A DNA stretch of 64,000 nt from NCBI GenBank assembly GCA_963676835.2, contig CAXXFF010000002.1, forward strand, positions 96,001 through 160,000. Reading direction: 5' to 3'. The DNA is from Marispirochaeta sp. (GTDB lineage Bacteria > Spirochaetota > Spirochaetia > JC444 > Marispirochaetaceae). Within the stretch, counting starts at the first letter, position 1; the number at the start of each line of letters is the position of its first letter. The notes beneath the pieces were generated by a model, which was not told where the DNA came from, did not search any database, and was given only the letters and a program-made list of their open reading frames with translations. The position numbers were made by a program, and so were the translations under genes. This document shows positions 19,527-29,673 of this stretch, one piece after another.

Positions 19527-20933
19527 TCAGTTTTCCGGTTCAAGTGAAATTGAATCCCGGCTATCCAGATAATTGTTTAATTTCTCAACTTCAAATAACG
19601 GCAGCCCAATTAGCTTGCTTGTCAACTCTCTACCCGAACCCGGTTCAGGCAATTTATGATTAATACTGGAAACACGCCGTCTTCGTTCCATAAGATCAAA
19701 CTTAACAACATACTTTGGACCTTTATCCTCAATATATTTCCACAATGATTTTATTTTTCCGGTTTTGCCCGCCTTCACTTCTACAGGAAAGATTTCTCCG
19801 CCCCGGGAGTAGATGAAATCAATCTCGGCAGCCCCTTTTCTTTTGTTGTTAAGCCAGTAATAAAGTTCCGGTACCGGGTTTCCCGGATTGGTAAATTTCA
19901 GATGCTGGGCAATAAACTGTTCCGCCATAACACCTTTAGTCAAAAGCTTATCCGAAGAAAGATTAAATAGATCATTCCATCCCGTATCATTCAGCGCATT
20001 GTACAGGCCCACATCCAGGAAGAACAGTTTCACTGTAGACGGATTCGTACCTGCAGATAAGGGTAAACCATTGCAATAGGTAAATGTCGTTCTTATTATG
20101 ACCCCTGCTTTAGCAAGCAGCTCTATAGCTTTTTGAACACTACTGGAATGGGTGTTGGAGACATCGGAAAATACAACCTTTTCTCCAAGATGGCCAACCG
20201 TATATTCAAAAACATCCAGCGCCCGGGAATACTCTTTATTTACTGTGTATTTGGGAATATCATCGCGATACGTTTGTATAATGGAATGATGAATATCCCG
20301 GACTTCCTGATAATCACCTCCTTCGGTCCAACACCTGACTGCTTCGGGCATACCCCCGGTATAGTAATACTCTTTTAACAAAGCAGAGCCATATTCCAGC
20401 CAGGTCTGATCAGTTTCATCTTCCAGAGTCATATCATGGATTCGTTCAAGAAAGATATTCTCTTCTTTTGCCATGAGGAATTCGGTGAATGTCATCGGTC
20501 CCAGCTGATAATACTGCACCCTGCCAACGGGCATGGAAAAACGGGATGAATTCAGAGTAACTTCAAGCAGAGAGCCTGCGGCAATTACTCTCAGCTCAGC
20601 TCTTTTTTCATAAAAATAACGAAGTCGATTAATAACTCTCGGCTGCAGTTGAACCTCATCAAAAAAAATGAGGGATTTTTCAGGAACCACTTTCTTCCCG
20701 GAGATAAGCTCAATTTCCTGTAGTACTTTTTCTATGGAGAAGGATGTGTCATTCTCTATCTGTCTGAGTTTTACTGTTTCAAAATCCAACTCAATCAGGT
20801 CTATATTGTTTTGACTGCAGAAGAGATGAACAAGTGTGGATTTTCCCACCTGACGGGCACCCCTTAAAATAAGGGGCTTCGACGTTCTGTTTTTATACCA
20901 ATTTATTAAGAAATCAAGGGCGGACCGCTTCAT
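19527..20933 (-). CDS. AAA+ ATPase (AAA_14) with DUF4143 and a PD-(D/E)XK-like C-terminus
   Basis: GARQVGKS, FFDEVQ, AAGSLL, PVGRV, GGMPE, EIDF...PVEVKAG. Confidence 0.9.
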   Translation of the reverse strand: MKRSALDFLINWYKNRTSKPLILRGARQVGKSTLVHLFCSQNNIDLIELDFETVKLRQIENDTSFSIEKVLQEIELISGKKVVPEKSLIFFDEVQLQPRVINRLRYFYEKRAELRVIAAGSLLEVTLNSSRFSMPVGRVQYYQLGPMTFTEFLMAKEENIFLERIHDMTLEDETDQTWLEYGSALLKEYYYTGGMPEAVRCWTEGGDYQEVRDIHHSIIQTYRDDIPKYTVNKEYSRALDVFEYTVGHLGEKVVFSDVSNTHSSSVQKAIELLAKAGVIIRTTFTYCNGLPLSAGTNPSTVKLFFLDVGLYNALNDTGWNDLFNLSSDKLLTKGVMAEQFIAQHLKFTNPGNPVPELYYWLNNKRKGAAEIDFIYSRGGEIFPVEVKAGKTGKIKSLWKYIEDKGPKYVVKFDLMERRRRVSSINHKLPEPGSGRELTSKLIGLPLFEVEKLNNYLDSRDSISLEPEN

Positions 20934-21058
20934 ACCATTAATAATAGTACAATATCACCAAATTAGCAACCTGTTTAAGAATACAGATACTATATCTGAG
21001 GCCTGTTTTAGTAAAATCCATCAATCATGTATTGCATCAGATGCTTTTCGAGAGTTTA

Positions 21059-21120
21059 GGTAGTCAACATCAATAACGGCTTCGAAGCAGGTTTTCTCGC
21101 GGGAATGATTAACTCTCTGG
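21059..21120 (+). repeat. Direct repeat copy B: relic of a larB 3' end
   Basis: Translates VVNINNGFEAGFLAGMINSL versus VVNIDNGFGAGFLAGMINSL in larB. Confidence 0.92.
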
Positions 21121-21121
21121 C

Positions 21122-21706
21122 TCAGTCCTTTATCTCAATCCCAAACCCGCTTAAAAGAGACAGCACATCCGGAACTGAGAATACCGCCTGCTTTAATTTG
21201 TTCGAATACGGGTCTATTGCATATCCCTCTGCCTGATAAAACGAGGCTTTCCGCAAATCCGAGGAATCAAACAGGGTGTCCGAAAATTTCGCACCGGTAA
21301 AATCTGCTTCCACCAGATAGCTGTTCTGAAAAGCGCAGCCGGAAATCTCACAATTGCTGAAGTCAGAACCCTTCATGGAAAGATCACTGAAATTGCAGCT
21401 GCGTATAAGACACCCGGGAAAAGACGGGCTGAATGCCATGGGGCTGCATTTATAAAAGCGAAGGCCTAACAGCTTACACTCATTAAACTTTGTATCGATA
21501 AAACTGGTATCATCAATCAGGGTGTTGCTGATATTGCAGCCGGAAAAAGTACAGGATTCAAAACTGCTGCCCGCAAAAGAAGTTTCTATAAAAGTGCAGT
21601 TGTAAAAGCGGCAGCTGTAGAACTCCATACCACTCATGTTATTGGATGAAAAGTCGCGTCCGCGGAACTCTTTATTCTGGTAGTCATCTTCAGTCAGCTC
21701 AAACAT
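21122..21706 (-). CDS. Pentapeptide repeat protein
   Basis: Continuous A/C-x-F/L-x-x five-residue repeats; likely start MFELTEDD. Confidence 0.9.
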   Translation of the reverse strand: MFELTEDDYQNKEFRGRDFSSNNMSGMEFYSCRFYNCTFIETSFAGSSFESCTFSGCNISNTLIDDTSFIDTKFNECKLLGLRFYKCSPMAFSPSFPGCLIRSCNFSDLSMKGSDFSNCEISGCAFQNSYLVEADFTGAKFSDTLFDSSDLRKASFYQAEGYAIDPYSNKLKQAVFSVPDVLSLLSGFGIEIKD

Positions 21707-21923
21707 GGGGAGAATAATACACCTCCATAACATGGTTTCCAATCCCGCAGCGTGAACATCCGGGAAGCACTACATATCCAGGCCCAGTCAGTATTCTGGA
21801 AAGCTCCCTTAAAAATCACTGTTTATAATTTCCCTTCCGGCCTCACAAAGATTACATTATCTGTAATATATAATCCTGCTTTTTCCATGAGAGAATGGAA
21901 ACTGGCAGTACTTTTCCTGGAGA

Positions 21924-22925
21924 TTGAATATGACAGACGCACTGGCTTTGCATAAAGAAGCAATTCTCATAGACGGCCTGAATATCTGTAACTGGGACCG
22001 GGAAATTTTTGAAGAGTATCGGGAAGGCGGCGTAACAGCCGTCTCATGTACAGCAGCAGTATGGGAAAACTTCCAGGACGGTATGCTGGAAGTATCAAAG
22101 TGGCTCCAATGGTTTGAGGAGTTCTCCGACCTGATCATGCCGGTTCACAGCATAGCCGATATTCTGGAAGCAAAGAAACAGAATAAAACCGGCATTATCC
22201 TTAACTGGCAGAATACATCTCCCCTGGAGGACCGCCTGCAGTTTCTCCCGCTCTTTAAAAAACTTGGTGTCGGCATTATGCAGCTGACCTATAACACCCA
22301 GAATTATGCAGGGTCCGGATATCTGGAATCCACCGATTCCGGCCTCAGTGACTGGGGAAAAGAGCTTGTGGATGCCATGAACGAATGGGGTGTTGTGTGC
22401 GACTTGTCCCACGTTGGAGACAAAACTTCGGCAGATGTTATTGAATATTCAAAAAAACCGGTGGCCTATACCCATGTCCTGCCCCGGGGACTGCTGGACC
22501 GCCCGCGGAATAAACCTGACGAGCTTATGAAAGCAGTTGCGGAGAAAGGCGGCATAGTAGGCTTCTCCCTCTTTGCGCCGGGAATGAAAAACGGCAATGA
22601 TTCCACCATTGTCGATGTAGTGGAGGCAATATGCTACATGGTCGATCTCCTTGGTGAGGATCATGTAACCGTAGGAACCGACTTCAGCCTCAAACATCCC
22701 AGGCCCGGTGAATTCCTTGAATGGTGCAACAAGGACAAGGGGGATGCCCGTTTCCTCACCCAGTTCGGCTCCAAGCCGGTGAAAAAGCCCAAGGGCATTG
22801 AGCGAATCCGGGAATTCCCGAATCTGACCGAAGCTCTTCTGAAACAGGGCTTCACCGCTGAACGTATAAAGAAGATTTATGGTGAAAACTGGATGCGGCT
22901 GCTGCAGGCAGTCTGGGAAGAATAA
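21924..22925 (+). CDS. Membrane dipeptidase family (peptidase M19) amidohydrolase
   Basis: QLTYN, GLSDWGKELV..MN, DLSHVG, RNKPDE, HVTVGTDF, GENWMR. Confidence 0.88.
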   Translation: MNMTDALALHKEAILIDGLNICNWDREIFEEYREGGVTAVSCTAAVWENFQDGMLEVSKWLQWFEEFSDLIMPVHSIADILEAKKQNKTGIILNWQNTSPLEDRLQFLPLFKKLGVGIMQLTYNTQNYAGSGYLESTDSGLSDWGKELVDAMNEWGVVCDLSHVGDKTSADVIEYSKKPVAYTHVLPRGLLDRPRNKPDELMKAVAEKGGIVGFSLFAPGMKNGNDSTIVDVVEAICYMVDLLGEDHVTVGTDFSLKHPRPGEFLEWCNKDKGDARFLTQFGSKPVKKPKGIERIREFPNLTEALLKQGFTAERIKKIYGENWMRLLQAVWEE

Positions 22926-23013
22926 AAACGGGTAAAATCTAAAACATTCTCAATCCGGAGAATCATATAAGCTATACAGGTAATATCCCGGCCTTTTATT
23001 GTTGCGGATACAG

Positions 23014-24483
23014 TCAGGTTCCGCAGAAGGTGCGGTATGGTGTATTTGAAGGTTCAGGCGGCTTAAAGTATTCCTCCTGCTCAGCAGAGTGCTTATAGGG
23101 CCGGGAGAGAGCATCCAGAAACCGGTTCATTACATTGTAATCTCCCTTCTCAGCTGCTTTCAGGGCCTCTTCGACCCGGTGATTCCGGGGAATCAGGGCC
23201 GGATTGCTCCTCTTCATCAAATCAAAGGAGGAGCTTTCAGACTCTTCCTGCCCGCTCAATCTGGCCCGCCAGTTTTCATACCAGGCATCGAATTCTGAAA
23301 TCCCGGACATTGCAATCTCATCAGGTCTGTTAAACGTCAGGGCCAGAAAGGTATTGGTATAGTCAGCCTTATTTGTTTCCATCAGGCTTAACAGATCCTG
23401 AATAAGCTCTGCATCGCCATGCTCTTCGTTAAATAATCCCAGCTTTGCCCGCATTCCCGCCAGCCACTGCTCCCGGTATATCAGATAAAAACCTTCCAGC
23501 ACATTTTGTGCAGCTTCTACAGCCTTTTCCTCATTGTCACTTATCAGAGGCAGCAGGGTCTCGGCAAATCTTGCCAGATTCCAGACAGCCATGTGCGGCT
23601 GGTTACCAAAGGCGTATCGGCCGGAATTATCAATGGAACTGAAAACTGTTGCCTCGTCATAGGTATCCAGAAAGGCACAGGGACCATAGTCTATGGTTTC
23701 TCCGCAGATAGACATATTATCCGTGTTCATAACACCGTGGATAAATCCCGCGAGCTGCCATTTGGCAATCAGTTCAGCCTGGCGCCTTACTACCTCTTTC
23801 AACAGAAACAAATAACGGTTGCCAACAGAATCATTTACCGGGAAATGCCGCTGCAGGACATAGTCGGCTAAAATTCTGACATCCTCACCACTTCCCCACT
23901 GGGCAGCATACTGAAATGTTCCGACCCTCAAATGACTTGAAGCGGTCCGGGTCAGAATTGCTCCGGTTTCATAACCCTGGCGAAATACTTTTTCACCTGT
24001 TGTTACAACAGCCAGACTCCGGGTGGTGGGAATACCCAATGCATGCATGGCCTCGCTGATGATATATTCCCTGAGCATGGGACCAAGAACCGCCTTTCCG
24101 TCTCCCCCCCGGGAATAGGGAGTCCTGCCGGAACCCTTAAGCTGTATATCAAAGCGTTTTCCCTTCGGGGTGATCTGCTCTCCAAGCAGCAGCGCCCTTC
24201 CGTCTCCCAGCATGGTAAAATGACCAAACTGATGGCCTGCGTAGGCCTGGGCAAGGGGGTCTGCTCCTTCAGGAAAAACAGCTGCAGACAGCATTCCTGC
24301 CCACTCGTCAGCATGCAGAGCCTCTAAATTCAGACCCAGAGACCCAGCCAGAGAATGATTTACCACAACCAGCTCCGGTGATGGTACCGCCGAATGTCCG
24401 ATCCTTGAATAAAACATTTCAGGGAGGTCCGTATAGCTGTTGTCGAACTTCCATCCTGTTATTGTTGTTTGTGCTGCTGTCAT
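23014..24483 (-). CDS. selO: Protein adenylyltransferase SelO/YdiU
   Basis: [43 protein letters not shown]-terminal TFCGT. Confidence 0.96.
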   Translation of the reverse strand: MTAAQTTITGWKFDNSYTDLPEMFYSRIGHSAVPSPELVVVNHSLAGSLGLNLEALHADEWAGMLSAAVFPEGADPLAQAYAGHQFGHFTMLGDGRALLLGEQITPKGKRFDIQLKGSGRTPYSRGGDGKAVLGPMLREYIISEAMHALGIPTTRSLAVVTTGEKVFRQGYETGAILTRTASSHLRVGTFQYAAQWGSGEDVRILADYVLQRHFPVNDSVGNRYLFLLKEVVRRQAELIAKWQLAGFIHGVMNTDNMSICGETIDYGPCAFLDTYDEATVFSSIDNSGRYAFGNQPHMAVWNLARFAETLLPLISDNEEKAVEAAQNVLEGFYLIYREQWLAGMRAKLGLFNEEHGDAELIQDLLSLMETNKADYTNTFLALTFNRPDEIAMSGISEFDAWYENWRARLSGQEESESSSFDLMKRSNPALIPRNHRVEEALKAAEKGDYNVMNRFLDALSRPYKHSAEQEEYFKPPEPSNTPYRTFCGT

Positions 24484-24543
24484 GAAAATCTTAATCTCTG
24501 CCCTCTGATCATATATCGCTTACCTGCGGATAATGCACTTCTA

Positions 24544-25548
24544 TCAATGGACAATCGCCAGGGGATCTGGTTTCATCAGCAGCTTCGCATACTGGGCCCG
24601 TTTGTATGCCCAGTGATCAGATCCATTCTTCCGGCTCATACTGCCCCGGAAGTTTTCCAGAGAGGAATACCCTTTACCATCCATCCAGGAGCTGAGATCA
24701 TTAAGGATCTTCCCTACCTGGGAGATTTTATTTCTGTACAGGGTGCTCACCACCTGAACAGCATCAGCACCGGCAAGAATCATCCTGGCGACATCCTGAC
24801 CATCCATAATTCCGCTGGAAGTACTGATACTTGCAGTAGTCTCTCCGTACAGCAGACCTGCATACCGGAGGGGCAGAAGACTGTCCCCTGGCTGGCTTAA
24901 GGTGAGAGGCAAGGTGGTTTGCTCTTTTACGGGATCGATGTCGGGAAGAAAGAATTTGTTAAAGAGTACCAGCCCTTTAGCCCCCGCTTCCGCGAAAGAT
25001 TTTGCAGCTGACAAAGGTGCGGTATAGAACATACTCATTTTGATGGAGACAGGAATCTTCACGCTCTTTACCACTTCCTTCACGACCGCAATCTGGTCCT
25101 TTTCAATGGAAGCGCCTGCGTCAGCCTGGAGTTCGGGATTGGCAAAAAAGTTCAATTCCAGACCATCTACACCAGTCTCTGCAAGCTTTCCAGCCCATTC
25201 GACCCAGGTATCTCGATTCACCGCATTCAGGCTGGCAATGACCGGAATATCACAGGCCTCCTTTGCTTTACGGACCCACATAAGGTGTTCATCCGGTCCG
25301 GCATGCTCAATATCGGGGAAGACAGTTGTCATTTCTGCATGTATATCGTCGTACTGATGTTTCGCCTCGTCAAACCTGGCTATTTCCAGCTGAATCTGCT
25401 CTTCGAACAGACTCTTGATTACCAGAGCCCCGGCACCGGAGTCTTCAATTTTCCGGATAGAATCCATATTGGATGTAAGTTCAGACGCGCCTGCAATTAC
25501 AGGATTTTTCAGCTCAATACCCATATATTGTGTTTTCAAATCGGCCAT
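24544..25548 (-). CDS. Dihydroorotate dehydrogenase-like flavoprotein
   Basis: YMGIELKNP, KSLFEEQI, PVIASLN, ELN, IPVSIK, LAGADAVQVVS. Confidence 0.88.
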   Translation of the reverse strand: MADLKTQYMGIELKNPVIAGASELTSNMDSIRKIEDSGAGALVIKSLFEEQIQLEIARFDEAKHQYDDIHAEMTTVFPDIEHAGPDEHLMWVRKAKEACDIPVIASLNAVNRDTWVEWAGKLAETGVDGLELNFFANPELQADAGASIEKDQIAVVKEVVKSVKIPVSIKMSMFYTAPLSAAKSFAEAGAKGLVLFNKFFLPDIDPVKEQTTLPLTLSQPGDSLLPLRYAGLLYGETTASISTSSGIMDGQDVARMILAGADAVQVVSTLYRNKISQVGKILNDLSSWMDGKGYSSLENFRGSMSRKNGSDHWAYKRAQYAKLLMKPDPLAIVH

Positions 25549-25677
25549 TCAAGTACCTCCTGTTTACATACATTACTGTAAAGGTAATAAATAGAAGGCT
25601 GCAGGACAAACTAGTTTTATCCGGAGCCGGGAAAACAAGGCATCGCAGTTCATACTGAAAAATGTTCCAAACAAACA

Positions 25678-25716
25678 GGGGTGCAAGTTAGAGTTGACAT
25701 CTCTAACTTGCACCCC
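25678..25716. repeat. Perfect 16-bp inverted repeat with a 7-nt loop (REP-like or mobile-element scar)
   Basis: GGGGTGCAAGTTAGAG-TTGACAT-CTCTAACTTGCACCCC. Confidence 0.9.
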
Positions 25717-25718
25717 AT

Positions 25719-26294
25719 ATATGCGCGGGAAGGACAGGGCAGCTCCTTAACCTCTCCAATCTGGCCGATGATGTTGGCATCAGTTACAAGACAGCAGGTC
25801 ATTGGATCTCACTGCTGGAAACAAGTTTTATTGTATTCAGGGTTCCCCCCTATCATGCAAATATAAACAAGAGATTGATCAAATCAGCGAAACTCTATTT
25901 TTATGACACCGGCCTGGCCGCTCATCTGCTGGGTATTGAGGAGTCTAGACAGATTCCAACACACCCTTTAAGGGGAGCACTTTTTGAAAATATGGTTATT
26001 GCAGAAGCGATGAAATATCGCTACAACCGGGGAAAACGGGAAAACCTCTTGTTCTTCCGCGATGCCAAAGGGCATGAGGTTGATCTCCTGTTAACATCCG
26101 CCAATGATCTGTCGGCAGTGGAAATTAAGGCAGCCCAGACTTTTAAAAACGAGTTCTTCAAAGGATTGGAATATTTCAATACCTACATCAAAAAATGCAC
26201 CCACTCACTGGTAGTCTATAACGGTGAACGTAACGAAAAACGTACAAAAGGAACCGTAACCGATATTCATCACATGTTTGATTGGCTGGAATAA
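25719..26294 (+). pseudogene. 5'-truncated AAA/DUF4143 gene (C-terminal half only)
   Basis: Open frame from about 25719 reads ICAGRTGQLLNLSNLADDVGIS...KLYFYDTGL...GALFEN...EVDL...VEIK; the ATPase domain and a proper start are missing. Confidence 0.85.
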
Positions 26295-26328
26295 TTCACC
26301 ACCCCTGATAATGAGGCAAGTCCTTCGC

Positions 26329-26805
26329 TTACTCCCGCCAGACAAATTTCTGCACCTCCGGACTACTTCCCGGGTTCTCAAAAGCCTTCTCCGGGATAAA
26401 CGATGGATACACCGTCAGCTCCGAAATCTCATCCCGGGAAAACCAGCGAAAAGAGAGTTCCAGTTCTCCATCCCGGCCGGACCACTGCTCTTTCCTTAAC
26501 AGGGAGGAATCCTCCGGCAGGCTGCAGCGGTAGTAGAAGCAGATTTCGTGACAGGGTTTATCCGCCCAGGGATAAAAGTTCTCAACCAGCCAGAGAAGGC
26601 CCCCGGGGATCACCTCCTCACCTGTCTCCTCCCGCATCTCCCGTACCAGGGTATCTTCACTGGCTTCACCGAACTCTATACGGCCTCCGGGAAGAGACCA
26701 GAAACTGTCCCGGTTTGAGGTATGCAGTAAGAGCTTATTCCCGTTAAACAGAACAGCTGCCACCCTGCAGTTGAAGAGGCCTTCTGTATGCGGAAATGTC
26801 AGCAC
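26329..26805 (-). CDS. NUDIX hydrolase
   Basis: Nudix box PGGRIEFGEASEDTLVREMREETG. Confidence 0.93.
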   Translation of the reverse strand: MLTFPHTEGLFNCRVAAVLFNGNKLLLHTSNRDSFWSLPGGRIEFGEASEDTLVREMREETGEEVIPGGLLWLVENFYPWADKPCHEICFYYRCSLPEDSSLLRKEQWSGRDGELELSFRWFSRDEISELTVYPSFIPEKAFENPGSSPEVQKFVWRE

Positions 26806-26817
26806 CCTGTTCTTTCC

Positions 26818-27183
26818 TCACCCTTCCCGGTTTACCCGGTCCGGGGAAAAGGCGGGCACACAGACAGAGACATACTCCGTCTCCTCATCGAAGGGATTGG
26901 AGTACTGAACGGTGGTTCCTGCATGAACCTTTATGGACTGCCCCCCGGTGAGAACAATGGATTCGCCGTTGATCATTATCTCTTTGCGTCCCCGTATTAC
27001 CAGGGTATATTCATCGAATTCCGGGGTCTGAGGCGGTTCGCTCCATCCGGGAGGTGCCACCATGCGGGCAATGCTCACAGAATCCTCACTGGTGGAAGCC
27101 ATACCGAAATGCTCCTCAATGAGCTTTCCGTCAGTGGTAGGTACGATAAACGGATCAACCTGCTTTACATATGCCTTTTTCAT
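26818..27183 (-). CDS. Cupin domain protein
   Basis: IEEHFG, SIARM.APPGWSEPPQTPEFDEYT, C.PAFSP. Confidence 0.88.
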   Translation of the reverse strand: MKKAYVKQVDPFIVPTTDGKLIEEHFGMASTSEDSVSIARMVAPPGWSEPPQTPEFDEYTLVIRGRKEIMINGESIVLTGGQSIKVHAGTTVQYSNPFDEETEYVSVCVPAFSPDRVNREG

Positions 27184-27278
27184 ACTTCCTCCTCTCTGAA
27201 GTGGGGGAAAGCCCTTTGACTTAACCCGGAAAACACTGGTACTCTTGGCGCAGAATCATCTTTTTAAGGACCCTGTTC

Positions 27279-28502
27279 ATGGCCACCATTCGAAGCTTTA
27301 AGGCCCTTCGGCCGCAACCGGACCTGGCAAAAAAAATTGCCAGTGTTCCCTATGATGTAGTCAACACAGAAGAGGCCAGAGAACTGGCGAAGGGAAACGA
27401 ATTGAGTTTCCTCCACGTTGTACGCCCCGACATAGACCTTCCTGACACTATAGACCCCTACGATTCAGCTGTCTACGAGAAAGCAGCGGAGAACTTCAAC
27501 CGCCTCAAAGAGTCAGGGAGCCTGGTAGAGGAAGATTCTCCCTCGCTGTATATCTATCGCCTGACCATGGACGGACGCAGTCAGATCGGAATTGCCGGCT
27601 GCTGCATGGTTGATGAATATAATGACGATACAATAAAGAAACATGAGTTTACCCGTAAGGCCAAAGAGGACGACCGGGTCCGCCATATGCTGACCCTTAA
27701 TGCCCATGCAGGACCGGTGCTGCTCACCTATCGGAGAACCGAAGCTCTGGCGCAGCTGCTGGAAAAAGAGATCAAAGAGACTCCCCTCTTTGATTTCACC
27801 GCCGTTGACGGTGTTCAGCATACCATCTGGCGCTGCACCGACGCGGCAGCCATGGAAACAGCCTTCAAGGAAGTTCCGTCCCTCTACATTGCCGATGGAC
27901 ACCACCGTGCAGCAGGTGCGAGCCGGGTAAAGGCTCACATGGTGGAAAAGAACGGCTCTGCCTCAGGCGATGAGGAGTTCACCAGCTTTCTTACGGTAGT
28001 ATTCCCCTCGGACCAGCTCTCTATTTTTGCCTATAATAAATATATCGCCGACACCAACGGCCTGAGCACTGAAGATCTTCTCAAATCCCTGGAACCGGAA
28101 TTTGAGATTGCAGAAACCACACAGAAAGATCCGGCGTCCAAGGGGAGCTTCAACATGTACCTTGCAGGCCAGTGGTACTCCCTGAAGATAAAAAACCCTG
28201 CCATAGATCCAAATGATCCGGTTACAACTCTTGACCTGGTGCAGTTCCAGATCAAGCTTCTTGAGCCGGTGCTCAATATTATGGATCAGCGCAAATCAGA
28301 CAGGATTGATTTTGAAGGCGGCATTGGTTCCAGTAAAAAACTGCAGGCCCGGGTCGACAGTAAAGGCGGGATTGCCTTCACTTTTTATCCCGTAAGCGTG
28401 GAAGAGCTTATGCAGGTTTCGGACGCGGGAATGGTTATGCCTCCCAAGTCAACCTGGTTTGCCCCTAAGCTCCGGTCCGGACTGCTTGTCCACCAGTTTT
28501 AG
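27279..28502 (+). CDS. DUF1015 family protein
   Basis: PYDV, IKKHEFT, IADGHHR, MPPKSTWF.PKLRSGL. Confidence 0.93.
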   Translation: MATIRSFKALRPQPDLAKKIASVPYDVVNTEEARELAKGNELSFLHVVRPDIDLPDTIDPYDSAVYEKAAENFNRLKESGSLVEEDSPSLYIYRLTMDGRSQIGIAGCCMVDEYNDDTIKKHEFTRKAKEDDRVRHMLTLNAHAGPVLLTYRRTEALAQLLEKEIKETPLFDFTAVDGVQHTIWRCTDAAAMETAFKEVPSLYIADGHHRAAGASRVKAHMVEKNGSASGDEEFTSFLTVVFPSDQLSIFAYNKYIADTNGLSTEDLLKSLEPEFEIAETTQKDPASKGSFNMYLAGQWYSLKIKNPAIDPNDPVTTLDLVQFQIKLLEPVLNIMDQRKSDRIDFEGGIGSSKKLQARVDSKGGIAFTFYPVSVEELMQVSDAGMVMPPKSTWFAPKLRSGLLVHQF

Positions 28503-28528
28503 ATTTACCCGATTACAGGAGGAAGATA

Positions 28529-29611
28529 ATGAGAAAATTCAACTTTTATGCAGGTCCGTCAACTCTTCCCCTTGAGGTTCTGGAAGAACTGAAAGAGGAA
28601 ATCGCCGATTATCACGGAGAAGGGCTCTCCATGATAGAAACCAGCCACCGCAGCCCCATGTACGATTCGGTACACTCGGAAACTGTGGAGATGTTCCACA
28701 AGCTTTTGGGCATTCCATCAAACTATAAGGTTCTTTTTATCGGCGGCGGCGCTTCCATGCAGTTCGGCATGATTCCCATGAACCTGATGAAACCGGGAAA
28801 AACCGCGGAATATGTAAACTCCGGCGCCTGGGCTGGTAAAGCTGTTAAGGATGCACAAAAGGTAGGCGATGTACGGGTAGTCTGGGACGGAAAAGATTCC
28901 AGCTACATGACACTGCCTGAAGCTTCTTCCATAAAACCCGGCAGTGATGCTGCCTATCTGCACATTACCAGCAACGAGACCATCGGCGGCGTTCAGTGGA
29001 AAGCTTTCCCCAAAACCGGCGATGTCCCCCTGGTTGCGGATATGTCCTCAGATATTTTAAGCAGACCGGTTCCCGTAGAGGATTTCGGCCTGATCTATGC
29101 CGGTGCCCAGAAAAACATCGGCCCCGCCGGAGTTACGGTGGTTATCATCCGTGAGGATATTGCAGCGGCATCTCCGGAGAAGCTTCCGGCATATCTCCGC
29201 TACAAAACCCATGCGGACAAAAACTCTCTCTACAATACACCCCCGGTATTCTCCATCTATGCGGTACACAAGGTACTGAAGTGGCTGGAATCCAAAGGCG
29301 GTGTTGAAGGCATCGAAAAAATCAACAAGGACAAAGCTGCTGCCATCTACAACAGCATCAATGCCTTTCCCGAGTTCTTCTCCTGCCCGGTAGATGAAAA
29401 CTATCGCTCCCACATGAATGTGGTATTCCGGCTGCCTTCGGAAGATCTTGAGAAACAGTTTGTTTCCGAAGCAAAAGGCGAAGGTATGCTGGGACTGAAG
29501 GGACACCGGGATGTTGGTGGCTGTCGTGCCTCTATTTACAACGCCCTGCCTCTTGAGGGAGCGAAGGCCCTTGCGTCGTTTATGAAGAACTTTGCTAAAA
29601 AGAACGGATAA
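28529..29611 (+). CDS. serC: Phosphoserine aminotransferase
   Basis: NFYAGPS, SHRS, NETIGG, DMSSD, AGAQKNIGPAG, NTPP, KGHRDVGGCRASIYNA. Confidence 0.97.
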   Translation: MRKFNFYAGPSTLPLEVLEELKEEIADYHGEGLSMIETSHRSPMYDSVHSETVEMFHKLLGIPSNYKVLFIGGGASMQFGMIPMNLMKPGKTAEYVNSGAWAGKAVKDAQKVGDVRVVWDGKDSSYMTLPEASSIKPGSDAAYLHITSNETIGGVQWKAFPKTGDVPLVADMSSDILSRPVPVEDFGLIYAGAQKNIGPAGVTVVIIREDIAAASPEKLPAYLRYKTHADKNSLYNTPPVFSIYAVHKVLKWLESKGGVEGIEKINKDKAAAIYNSINAFPEFFSCPVDENYRSHMNVVFRLPSEDLEKQFVSEAKGEGMLGLKGHRDVGGCRASIYNALPLEGAKALASFMKNFAKKNG

Positions 29612-29643
29612 ACAAGGGACGTATTCAGTTACATTTTAAACAC

Positions 29644-29673
29644 AAGCCTCCCGGTTCAGCGGGAGGTTTTTTT
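29644..29673 (+). terminator. Rho-independent terminator after serC
   Basis: CCTCCCG-gttcag-CGGGAGG followed by T7. Confidence 0.85.

Noticed and set aside
23014..23030. Selenocysteine read-through at the selO TGA
   Set aside because: The protein already ends in the usual Cys-containing TFCGT, and I saw no convincing SECIS-like hairpin after the stop.
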